From: Anaerolineaceae bacterium
GTDB lineage: Bacteria > Chloroflexota > Anaerolineae > Anaerolineales > Anaerolineaceae
DNA length: 64,000 bases
Reading direction: 5' to 3'
Assembly (NCBI GenBank): GCA_035388405.1
Contig: DAOOPV010000007.1
Span: 63 to 64,062, forward strand
This document shows, piece by piece, positions 26,428 through 34,593 of the stretch. The notes beneath the pieces were generated by a model, which searched no databases, was not told the DNA's origin, and saw only the letters and a program-made list of their open reading frames with translations. Numbering within the stretch: the first letter of the stretch is position 1; every line of letters begins with the position of its first letter. A program made the position numbers and the translations under genes.

Positions 26428-27159
26428 TTATGAACGCGGAGGGAATATATCAAGGAGCTGCTTTATTTCCTTAATAACATAATCAGGTTTGAGGTCAGTC
26501 GATTGCGGTTCTTTGGCTAAGGTGTCTGGTTCTTCAATGAGGACCATCATACCGAATCCAGCTGCCTGGGTTCCTTCGACGTCACGGATGGGGTTATCAC
26601 CAAGATAAGCGCATTTGGAGGGGTCTACGCCCATCACCCTGGCTGCCAGCAGGTAAATCGCTGGGTCGGGTTTGCGAATCCTGACCTTGGAGGAAAGGAT
26701 CACGGTCTTAAAATAGCCGGTCACGCCATCTGATATCATCCAGTCCGGGATTTCAGTTTCTGTGATTGTGTTGGCGATAATTCCCAGTTGATAGCCACGG
26801 CGGTGAAGTTCCGCGACAGTATCTTTGGCGTCCTCACGGGGAACGCGCCTGCCATCGCGATCACGCCACAGCCGGGTCAGGCGGCTCACGTTCGGCGCGA
26901 TGATCTCGATGGGGTAGTCTGGCAGGAGCCACTGTGTCCAGAGTTCCAATTCGGACGCATCGAGGAGCGATTTCTTAGCGAGACTGCGGTAGGCTTTCCA
27001 GTTTTTTTCCAACTTTTCGAAGAAAACTTCAGGAGTTTCAGTCGCGTTGACCAACGTCATCAGGTCATCTTTGGCTTGTTGTTGAAACTCGGGATCTTCT
27101 TTAACAATACGCAGTGTGTTTCCTACATCCAAGAAAATGGCTTCAATTTCAGGTGTCAT
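26428..27159 (-). CDS. HAD-like hydrolase (DxGNT motif I variant), paralogue
   Basis: 243 aa: IFLDVGNT, IANTIT, RIRKPDP, YLGDNPIRDVEGTQAAG. Confidence 0.8.
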   Translation of the reverse strand: MTPEIEAIFLDVGNTLRIVKEDPEFQQQAKDDLMTLVNATETPEVFFEKLEKNWKAYRSLAKKSLLDASELELWTQWLLPDYPIEIIAPNVSRLTRLWRDRDGRRVPREDAKDTVAELHRRGYQLGIIANTITETEIPDWMISDGVTGYFKTVILSSKVRIRKPDPAIYLLAARVMGVDPSKCAYLGDNPIRDVEGTQAAGFGMMVLIEEPDTLAKEPQSTDLKPDYVIKEIKQLLDIFPPRS

Positions 27160-27270
27160 TATTCCTCCGGGAGCGATTTGACTTGCAAAATTACTTAAAA
27201 TGTAACGAATCTTTCAATTGCATATCTTACGACAAGATCAACCAATTTGCAAGTAATCTTTCGAAAACTA

Positions 27271-27299
27271 TTGACTTTTGGCCCAAGAGCCTGTAAACT
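27271..27299 (+). promoter_or_regulatory. Sigma70-like promoter candidate of the LacI-family operon (TTGACT-17 nt-TAAACT)
   Basis: ttgact at 27271-27276, a 17-nt spacer, and taaact at 27294-27299. The palindromic operator starts 11 nt downstream. Confidence 0.5.
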
Positions 27300-27309
27300 A
27301 TATTCATCA

Positions 27310-27325
27310 ATGCACACGTGTGCAT
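27310..27325. promoter_or_regulatory. 16-bp perfect palindrome ATGCACACGTGTGCAT, candidate LacI-family operator (copy 1)
   Basis: Read directly. It is self-complementary, lies between the -10 candidate and the regulator's RBS, and recurs at 34551-34565. Confidence 0.65.
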
Positions 27326-27338
27326 AAGGAGAAACGTA

Positions 27339-28364
27339 GTGGCAATCACCATCAAGGACATTGCAAAAAGGGCAGGAGTTTCTCACTCGACGGTCTCCCG
27401 TGCCTTGCGAGTAAATCGCCTTGTGTCCAGTGAAACTGCCCGGCGTATCCACGACATCGCCCAGGAAATGGGCTATCGACCCAGCGCAGTGGCGCGCAGT
27501 CTCAAAACCAACCGCACCCAGGTTCTGGGCGTGATTGTCAGCAGTATTTCCGATCCTTTTTTTGGCGAGATCCTCAATGGGATCGAAGCGAGCGCGCAGG
27601 CTGGCGGTTATAGCCTGTTTATTGCGGCTTCCCAGCATGATCCAATTAAAGAACGGCAAATCGTTCAGACGATGATGGAGCAGCGTACCGAAGGGGTAAT
27701 TATTTGCTCATCTTCCTTCAGCCCTGAACACGGACGCCAGCTGCTTTCCTATGGATTTCCAGTTGTGGTGGTCAACCACCAGGGCAGCGAAAGTTTTAAC
27801 TATTCTATTTACCATGATGATATCGACGGCAGCTCGCAAATCACCCGGCATCTGATTTCGCTGGGACACAAAAGAATTGCCTATCTTGGTAACTCCCAAT
27901 CCGGCAGGACCACACAGGACCGGTTGCGGGGTTTCCTGGACGCCATGGCAGAAGCTCACTTGGAAGTGCCAGAGAATTACGTCCATCACGTGGAGGGCGG
28001 TGAACCCCTCCTGGGCGCTGAAAGCGTCCGATACTTCGCAAGACTGACTCCGAGACCCACCGCGATCATTTGTTTTAACGACATGCTGGCGATTGGTGTG
28101 CTCAAAGGCTGTGAACAGTCCGGTTTACGGGTTCCAGAAGACATTTCGGTGACCGGTTTCGACAACATAACCTACTCAGCGTTTACAACGCCTTCTCTGA
28201 CCACTTTTGATCAGCCAAAATTTTCCATCGGACAGGAAGCTGCTCAACTTCTATTGGATTTGCTCCAAGCCGAGGATGGAATTATCCCGGACATGCCAAA
28301 TGTGAAAGTGCTAAAAGGGAAGCTGTTGGTCAGAGGATCAACCGGAATTCCTGGTGAGGTTTAA
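27339..28364 (+). CDS. LacI-family transcriptional regulator
   Basis: HTH TIKDIAKRAGVSHSTVSRAL plus a periplasmic-binding-protein-like core. The preferred start is GTG 27339, preceded by AAGGAG with a 7-nt spacer. The ORF-track start is 27318. Confidence 0.85.
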   Translation: MAITIKDIAKRAGVSHSTVSRALRVNRLVSSETARRIHDIAQEMGYRPSAVARSLKTNRTQVLGVIVSSISDPFFGEILNGIEASAQAGGYSLFIAASQHDPIKERQIVQTMMEQRTEGVIICSSSFSPEHGRQLLSYGFPVVVVNHQGSESFNYSIYHDDIDGSSQITRHLISLGHKRIAYLGNSQSGRTTQDRLRGFLDAMAEAHLEVPENYVHHVEGGEPLLGAESVRYFARLTPRPTAIICFNDMLAIGVLKGCEQSGLRVPEDISVTGFDNITYSAFTTPSLTTFDQPKFSIGQEAAQLLLDLLQAEDGIIPDMPNVKVLKGKLLVRGSTGIPGEV

Positions 28365-28371
28365 TCCATTT

Positions 28372-29886
28372 ATGAACAATCCCTTTACCCTCAAATCAGA
28401 TCGTGATCTCTCCCTAATCCCACAATCTTTCGTGAGTTATCGAGGGTTGGAATTGGGCTTGACTTGCGAAGAGGGAACCAGGCAGTTGGTAATATTGGCT
28501 GCTAATGTGGACCCCCGACTCAAGCCATTTGAAGGCAAGCGTGCGGATTTTGCAGGAAAGACGCTTGTAGAGGGACCGCTTTCGTCTGCCAATGCGGCAG
28601 CCTTGAGGGATCTGTTGCCTTGGCTTCGCCCGCAAGTCCTGGGCTTGAAGACCTCGGTTGGTATGGGAGATCGTTTGGGGCTGGCAACACCCGGACACGT
28701 TCGCGCCGTCCGTGCCTGCAACGGTAATGTCGCTCCGATTTTTGCGCAGCAATCCATCAGGGAGTTGGCGCGGACCGGTCGAACACCGCAACAGGTCATG
28801 GATGATGCCATGTGGGGTGTCTTCCAGGAAAACTGGCAGGATGGTTTTGGTGCGGATGCGGACCACCTGAAGACTGAAACCGACATTGATGTCTGCCTGG
28901 GTGCTGGCTTCACCTTTTTTACGATCGACCCGGGCGCGTTCGTGAACGATCGAGCCGATAACCTTGGCTTGGAAGATCTCAGGCTCCTGGCTGTGGACCT
29001 GCCTTCTGCCTTGAGAGAGTCCGAGAGCGATCTGTTGAACTGCTCGCGCACCATTCAAGGACTCAAAATTCATTTTTCTGAAGCAATTTTGCTCAAGGCA
29101 ATGGTGAAATACGGGCACGCCATTTGGCATGTGGTCAAAATGTATGAGCACTTGCGGGCTGCCAGCGCTGGTAAATCCTTTGAATTGGAAGTTTCTGTTG
29201 ATGAAACAAAATGTCCAACCAGTCACGCTGAACATTACTATTTCGCCCATGAACTGAAGCGAATGGGGGTGCAGTGGGTTAGCCTGGCGCCCCGTTTTGT
29301 GGGTGAATTTGAGAAGGGTGTCGATTACATTGGGGACCTCGCCGCATTTGACGCGGATATCACCGGGCATGCAGCCATCGCCAAAGAGATGGGACCTTAC
29401 AAGATCAGCCTCCATTCGGGTTCGGATAAATTCAGCATCTATCCGGCTGCCGCACAACGCACAAAGGGCTTGGTGCACCTGAAAACCGCCGGAACCAGCT
29501 ACCTTGAGGCTATTCGCACCATCGCGGAAATTGACCCTCACTTTTTCAAGGAAATCTACGAATTCTGCCTGGGTCGTTACGAACAGGATAAACTCAGCTA
29601 TCACGTTTCTGCCCGCCTGGACCGTGCGCCTGCTGCCAGCGAGACAGGATCGCCCAACGATTATTTGGATAATTTTGACGCGCGTGAGATCCTGCACGTC
29701 ACATTTGGATCGGTGCTCAAGGAGAAATACCCCGAAGGCACCAGGCGTTTCTATGACCGCTTGATCGCGTTACTTGATCAACACCCTGAGGTCTATGCCA
29801 GCAATCTTGAGCGGCACTTCAAACGACACTTGGAGCCATTCTGCCAAGCTGTTAAAACACAACGAACAAAAAGAAGCAACGGGTGA
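28372..29886 (+). CDS. uxaE: Tagaturonate/fructuronate epimerase (UxaE family)
   Basis: The blocks GDRLGLATPGHVRA, IFAQQSIRE, GFGADADHLK, EVSVDET, ISLHSGSDKFSIYP, HLKTAGTSYLEA and HVTFGSVLK match my memory of the Thermotoga UxaE family. An alternative GTG start lies at 28354. The context (SDR reductase next) fits. Confidence 0.65.
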   Translation: MNNPFTLKSDRDLSLIPQSFVSYRGLELGLTCEEGTRQLVILAANVDPRLKPFEGKRADFAGKTLVEGPLSSANAAALRDLLPWLRPQVLGLKTSVGMGDRLGLATPGHVRAVRACNGNVAPIFAQQSIRELARTGRTPQQVMDDAMWGVFQENWQDGFGADADHLKTETDIDVCLGAGFTFFTIDPGAFVNDRADNLGLEDLRLLAVDLPSALRESESDLLNCSRTIQGLKIHFSEAILLKAMVKYGHAIWHVVKMYEHLRAASAGKSFELEVSVDETKCPTSHAEHYYFAHELKRMGVQWVSLAPRFVGEFEKGVDYIGDLAAFDADITGHAAIAKEMGPYKISLHSGSDKFSIYPAAAQRTKGLVHLKTAGTSYLEAIRTIAEIDPHFFKEIYEFCLGRYEQDKLSYHVSARLDRAPAASETGSPNDYLDNFDAREILHVTFGSVLKEKYPEGTRRFYDRLIALLDQHPEVYASNLERHFKRHLEPFCQAVKTQRTKRSNG

Positions 29887-29887
29887 A

Positions 29888-30721
29888 ATGATGACCATGG
29901 ATATCAAACAAACTTACGACTTTTCAGACCTTTGCGCAGTGGTGACCGGAGGGGCGGGCGTCCTCTGCGCGGAAATGTGCCGTGCCCTGGCAAGCCTGGG
30001 TGCTAAAGTCGCCATACTGGATCTCAATCCGGCGAACTCGGAAAAACTCGCGAACGAGATTAGGGAAAGCGGTGGTACCGCATTGGGAATCGCTTGCAAC
30101 GTGCTAGATAAAGAGAGCGTCCAGGCAGCCTGCGACCTGGTGCTGGAATCTTTCAGCAAGGTGGATATCCTGATCAACGGTGCCGGCGGAAATAAAGCGC
30201 AGGCAACCACCAGCGCTGAGTTGCCCTTTTTTGATTTACCCCAGGACGCGTTGCGTTGGGTGTTTGAGCTGAACCTCCTGGGAACCATTCTGCCCTCCCA
30301 GGTGTTTGGCAAGGCGATGGTAAAGCAAGGACAGGGCAATATTTTGAACATTTCCTCGATGAATGCCTTCCGACCGCTCACACGCATTCCTGCTTACTCG
30401 GCAGCCAAGGCTGGGGTGAGCAACTTCACCCAGTGGCTGGCGGTGCACCTGGCGCAGGAATACTCCCCCAACATTCGCGTGAACGCGATCGCCCCGGGCT
30501 TCTTTGTTACCGAGCAAAATCGCTTCCTCCTGACTGACCAACAAACTGGTGAACTGACCCCTCGCGGCAAAACCATCATCGGGCACACCCCCATGAACCG
30601 TTTTGGTAAGCCGGAAGATCTGTTGGGTACGGTTTTGTGGTTGGTGTCGCCTGCTTCGGCCTTCGTTACTGGTGTGGTTGTACCGGTGGATGGCGGTTTT
30701 TCAGCTTTTAGTGGAGTGTAG
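29888..30721 (+). CDS. SDR-family oxidoreductase, fructuronate/mannonate oxidoreductase-like
   Basis: VTGGAGVLC (cofactor motif), the YSAAK catalytic dyad, NISS. It resembles the SDR-type D-mannonate oxidoreductases found beside uxaE. The ATG at 29888 comes 1 nt after the uxaE stop. Confidence 0.65.
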   Translation: MMTMDIKQTYDFSDLCAVVTGGAGVLCAEMCRALASLGAKVAILDLNPANSEKLANEIRESGGTALGIACNVLDKESVQAACDLVLESFSKVDILINGAGGNKAQATTSAELPFFDLPQDALRWVFELNLLGTILPSQVFGKAMVKQGQGNILNISSMNAFRPLTRIPAYSAAKAGVSNFTQWLAVHLAQEYSPNIRVNAIAPGFFVTEQNRFLLTDQQTGELTPRGKTIIGHTPMNRFGKPEDLLGTVLWLVSPASAFVTGVVVPVDGGFSAFSGV

Positions 30722-30725
30722 AGCA

Positions 30726-31979
30726 ATGACCATCGGTTTGGGTTTTCTAGATCAATACCTCGACGATCACGCGGTTGAGAGCATAGTGGGAGAAGCGCTT
30801 TCCGGCATGGCGTTGGAAGGCAAAAGGGTCTTGTTCCTGATCCCGGACGGCACGCGCAGCATGCCGATGCCGCTGATGTTCAATTTGTTTGAAAAGCATC
30901 TTTCCGGGCGGGTAGCCGCGCTGGATTACTTGGTGGCGCTTGGGACTCACCAACCTATGAGCGATGAACAACTGAGCCATCTGATTGGGCGCGATGTCGA
31001 AAATGGAAAAGCTGGTGATAGCCACGTTTTCAACCATAACTGGAAAACCCCCGAAACTTTCACGCAAATCGGAGTGATACCCTCTGATGAGATCGAACGC
31101 ATCTCGGACGGTCGCCTGGTGGAAGAGGTTCCTGTGAGGTTGAACAAGCTGATACTTGATTACGATCACCTTTTTGTTTGCGGACCTGTTTTCCCACATG
31201 AGGTTGTTGGATTTTCGGGTGGGAATAAATACTTTTTCCCGGGCGTAGCCGGCCAGGAAATTATCAACTTCACCCATTGGTTGGGAGCTTTGATCACTAG
31301 TTTTGAAATTATCGGTTCCGGTTACACACCAGTCCGGGCAGTGATTGACCGGGCGGCGTCTTTCATCCCAAAACCCGTGCACTGCTTCAGCCTCGTTGTA
31401 ACACATGAAGGGCTTGCGGGCATCTTCTTTGGAGAAGCCCAGGAAGCTTGGGAAGCAGCCGCGGCACTCTCTGCGCAGAAGCATATCGTGTACGTGGAAA
31501 AAGCCTTTGAGAAAGTCATCTCGATTATGCCTGAGCTTTATGACGACCTTTGGACGGCAGCCAAGGGCATGTACAAAATGGAACCGGTGATCGCCGACGG
31601 TGGTGAGGTCATCATTTACGCCCCGAACATCACCGAGGTCAGTTACACCCACGGAAAGTACCTGGATGAAATTGGCTATCACTGCCGCGATTACTTCACC
31701 AAGCAGTGGAGCAGGTTTGAGCACTATCCTCACGGCGTGATAGCCCACTCCACCCACTTGCGGGGAATGGGAACGTATGACGAAACAACCGGCGTTGAGC
31801 AGCTGCGCATCAAAGTCACCCTTGCCACTGGCATACCCAGGGAACGTTGTGAAAAGATTGGCTTGGGTTACCTCGACCCAGCCAGCTTTGATCCGCAGGA
31901 TTGGGTTGGCAAAGAGGAGCAAGGCATCCTGGTGGTGCCCCGGGCTGGCGAAATGCTTTATCGACTCAAGGTGAACTGA
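30726..31979 (+). CDS. LarA-family nickel-pincer-nucleotide-dependent 2-hydroxyacid racemase/epimerase homologue
   Basis: IPDGTRSMP, LGTHQP (equivalent of catalytic His108), FPHEVVGFSGGNKYFFPG (equivalents of His174 and cofactor-tethering Lys184 in L. plantarum LarA, from memory). The ATG at 30726 follows the SDR stop. Confidence 0.7.
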   Translation: MTIGLGFLDQYLDDHAVESIVGEALSGMALEGKRVLFLIPDGTRSMPMPLMFNLFEKHLSGRVAALDYLVALGTHQPMSDEQLSHLIGRDVENGKAGDSHVFNHNWKTPETFTQIGVIPSDEIERISDGRLVEEVPVRLNKLILDYDHLFVCGPVFPHEVVGFSGGNKYFFPGVAGQEIINFTHWLGALITSFEIIGSGYTPVRAVIDRAASFIPKPVHCFSLVVTHEGLAGIFFGEAQEAWEAAAALSAQKHIVYVEKAFEKVISIMPELYDDLWTAAKGMYKMEPVIADGGEVIIYAPNITEVSYTHGKYLDEIGYHCRDYFTKQWSRFEHYPHGVIAHSTHLRGMGTYDETTGVEQLRIKVTLATGIPRERCEKIGLGYLDPASFDPQDWVGKEEQGILVVPRAGEMLYRLKVN

Positions 31980-31999
31980 TCTTTAGCAAATAAGGAGAA

Positions 32000-33409
32000 A
32001 TGATGCAATACAAAATCGGACTTGTTGGTCTTGGGGTGATGGGGCGCAACCTGGCGCTCAATATTGAACGAAATGGTTTCCCTATTGCTGTCTGGAATCG
32101 AAACCCGCAAAGGATGCATGACTTCATCAGCGAGGAGGGGGAAGGTAAGGCTCTGCTCGGCGTGGAAAAACTGCCGGACCTGATGGCGGCGCTCGAAAAA
32201 CCTCGTCGGGTGATCCTGATGGTTCAGGCCGGCGCGGCGGTGGACGAAGTCATCGATCAGATCAAACCTTTGATGGATCCAGGAGACATCCTGATCGATT
32301 GCGGTAACACGTTTTTCACCGACACCGAACGCAGAAACAAAGCTTTGGAAGCAGAAGGTTTTCAATACATCGGGGCTGGGGTTTCTGGCGGCGAGGAAGG
32401 CGCAAAGTGGGGTCCTGCCATCATGCCAGGTGGAAATCGGCCGGCGTGGGAAGCTTTGAGTGAAATCTTCTACGCGATTGCTGCCAAGGCGGAGGATGGT
32501 CAACCCTGTGTCGAGTACATGGGTCCTGGCGGAGCAGGGCACTACGTAAAGATGGTGCACAATGGAATTGAATACGGCGACATGCAGCTTATCTCTGAAG
32601 CCTATGACCTTCTAAGCCGCGGTTTGGGATTGGGCGCGGATGAATTACACGCGATCTTCTCCCGCTGGAACGAGGGACTGCTTAAGTCCTACCTGATCGA
32701 GATCACAGCCGACATCTTCAAGACCATTGACCCGGACACTGGCTTACCGCTGGTGGACTTGATCCTGGACCAAGCCGGGCAAAAAGGCACCGGCAAGTGG
32801 ACCAGCCAAAACGCCCTCGACATCGGCGTTCCCGTGCCAACGATCAACGCTGCCTTGCAAGGACGCATCATATCCTCCCTCAAGGAAGAACGCGTTTATG
32901 CAGCGACCCAGCTGCCCTCGCCGGAACAGAAGTATGAAGGCGACGCGGCAGAACTGATCAACGCGATTGAGAACGCGCTTTACGCAAGTAAGGTCACTTC
33001 GTACGCGCAGGGGCTGGCGATGCTTCGCATGGCTTCGCTGGAATACAACTACGATCTTAACATCCGCGATGTCGCCAAGATTTGGCGGTCAGGCTGTATC
33101 ATCCGGGCGAGTTTGCTGGGCGACATCATGGCTGCCTACGAACGCGATCCTCAACTGGTCAACCTGATGCTGGATGAGGTCTTCAAGAGCGCCATATTGG
33201 AAAGGCTGGATGACTGGCGCAAGGTTGTCCAGATCGCTGTCGGGCTGGGAATACCAGTGCCCGCAATGAGTGGCGCGCTTTCTTACTTTGACGCGTATCG
33301 CAGTGAACACTTGCCTGCCAACCTGATCCAGGCGCAGCGTGATTACTTTGGGGCGCATACCTATCGGCGCATTGACAAAGACGGTGTTTTTCACACCCAA
33401 TGGGTGTAG
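32000..33409 (+). CDS. gnd: 6-phosphogluconate dehydrogenase, decarboxylating
   Basis: 469 aa. IGLVGLGVMGRNLALN is the Rossmann motif, followed by GAGHYVKMVHNGIEYGDMQLI and the C-terminal AQRDYFGAHTY. AAGGAG RBS. Confidence 0.9.
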   Translation: MMQYKIGLVGLGVMGRNLALNIERNGFPIAVWNRNPQRMHDFISEEGEGKALLGVEKLPDLMAALEKPRRVILMVQAGAAVDEVIDQIKPLMDPGDILIDCGNTFFTDTERRNKALEAEGFQYIGAGVSGGEEGAKWGPAIMPGGNRPAWEALSEIFYAIAAKAEDGQPCVEYMGPGGAGHYVKMVHNGIEYGDMQLISEAYDLLSRGLGLGADELHAIFSRWNEGLLKSYLIEITADIFKTIDPDTGLPLVDLILDQAGQKGTGKWTSQNALDIGVPVPTINAALQGRIISSLKEERVYAATQLPSPEQKYEGDAAELINAIENALYASKVTSYAQGLAMLRMASLEYNYDLNIRDVAKIWRSGCIIRASLLGDIMAAYERDPQLVNLMLDEVFKSAILERLDDWRKVVQIAVGLGIPVPAMSGALSYFDAYRSEHLPANLIQAQRDYFGAHTYRRIDKDGVFHTQWV

Positions 33410-33423
33410 AGAGGCGAGATTGC

Positions 33424-34512
33424 ATGACTGGAAACTATGGTTTGAACATTCCTGAAAGTAGAGCAATGGACTTCGTATCGCTGGGAGCATTAGTCCACCG
33501 GCTGGATCCAGGGGTTGTGCCTTTCCACAAAGCGACGGAGTGTAAGATCCACGTCAGCGGTGGTGAGTTCAACTGCGCCGCCAACCTGGCGGACTGCTTT
33601 GGCTTGCGGACTGGCATTGCGACTGCCATGGTGGACTATCCCATTGGCGACCTGATTGCCGAACGTGTGCGGGCGATGGGCGTTAAGCCGTTCTATCGCC
33701 ACTTCAAGCACAACGGCGTAAACGGACCCAACATGGCGACCGTTTACAGCGACCGCGGCTACGGCGTTCGCCCGCCGGTGGTTTTCTATAACCGCAGTCA
33801 CGAGGCTGCCGCCGAGTTGAAGCCAGGTGATTTTGACTGGCAGGCAATCTTTGGCGGAGGTGTACGCTGGTTTCATAGCGGGGGGATCTTCGCGGCGCTG
33901 TCTGAAACGACTGGTGAAGTGATCATTGAAGGTATGCGTGCTGCCAAAGCTGCGGGGGCTGTGGTTTCCTTTGACCTGAACTATCGCGCAAAGCTCTGGA
34001 ACATCTGGGGCGGGCAGGAAGCCGCGCAAGCCGTTTTGCGCAAAATTATGGAGAATGTGGACGTTTTGGTGGGCAATGAAGAGGATATGCAACTTGGTTT
34101 GGGAGTTCATGGACCCCAGGTTGCAGGAGCTTCCAAGCTGGATCCGGGCGCGTTCATCGGAATGATCGATGAGGTTGTGCGGATGTATCCCAATGTCAAG
34201 GTTGTTGCCACCACGCTGCGCGAGGTGCACTCAACCAACCGCCACTCCTGGGGTGCGGTTGCGTGGATCAATGGTAGGACTTATGTGGCACCCACATGCG
34301 AGTTGGATGTGTTTGACCGGGTGGGTGGGGGCGATGGGTTTGCTTCCGGGTTGTTCTATGGGCTGCTTTCCGGTCAATCGGAACAGGAAGCCGTCAATCT
34401 TGGTTGGGCACATGGGGCATTACTGACGACTTTCCCCGGCGATACCACCATGGCGACCCTGGAGCAGGTGAGGGCTTTTGCCAAAGGAGGTTCAGCACGC
34501 ATTCAACGTTAG
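33424..34512 (+). CDS. PfkB-family sugar-acid kinase (2-dehydro-3-deoxygluconokinase-like; exact substrate uncertain)
   Basis: Ribokinase-like fold with the C-terminal DRVGGGDGFASG anion-hole motif. The start is ATG 33424, preceded by GAGAGG. Confidence 0.65.
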   Translation: MTGNYGLNIPESRAMDFVSLGALVHRLDPGVVPFHKATECKIHVSGGEFNCAANLADCFGLRTGIATAMVDYPIGDLIAERVRAMGVKPFYRHFKHNGVNGPNMATVYSDRGYGVRPPVVFYNRSHEAAAELKPGDFDWQAIFGGGVRWFHSGGIFAALSETTGEVIIEGMRAAKAAGAVVSFDLNYRAKLWNIWGGQEAAQAVLRKIMENVDVLVGNEEDMQLGLGVHGPQVAGASKLDPGAFIGMIDEVVRMYPNVKVVATTLREVHSTNRHSWGAVAWINGRTYVAPTCELDVFDRVGGGDGFASGLFYGLLSGQSEQEAVNLGWAHGALLTTFPGDTTMATLEQVRAFAKGGSARIQR

Positions 34513-34550
34513 AGGATCCTGAAGTGTGACTGACTTTTATTTATTAACGA

Positions 34551-34565
34551 ATGCACACGTGTGCA
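34551..34565. promoter_or_regulatory. Second copy of the palindromic operator (ATGCACACGTGTGCA)
   Basis: The 14-bp core TGCACACGTGTGCA is identical to 27311-27324. It lies about 30 nt upstream of the 34594 start, between possible -35 (TTAACG) and -10 (TAATAG) hexamers. Confidence 0.65.
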
Positions 34566-34593
34566 ATAATAGAAAACAAGGAGATTAAAGAAA

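Noticed and set aside
28414-29697. 427-aa minus-strand ORF covering almost the whole uxaE gene
   Set aside because: It is an antisense shadow ORF in GC-rich DNA. Its product is Arg/Gly/Gln-rich with no motifs. The plus-strand frame carries clear UxaE-family blocks and operon context.
30747-31922. 391-aa minus-strand ORF opposite the LarA-family gene
   Set aside because: Shadow ORF. The plus-strand frame has the conserved LarA catalytic blocks, while the antisense product is low-complexity with no RBS context.
33490-34230. 246-aa minus-strand ORF within the PfkB kinase gene
   Set aside because: Antisense shadow ORF. The plus frame carries the PfkB anion-hole motif.
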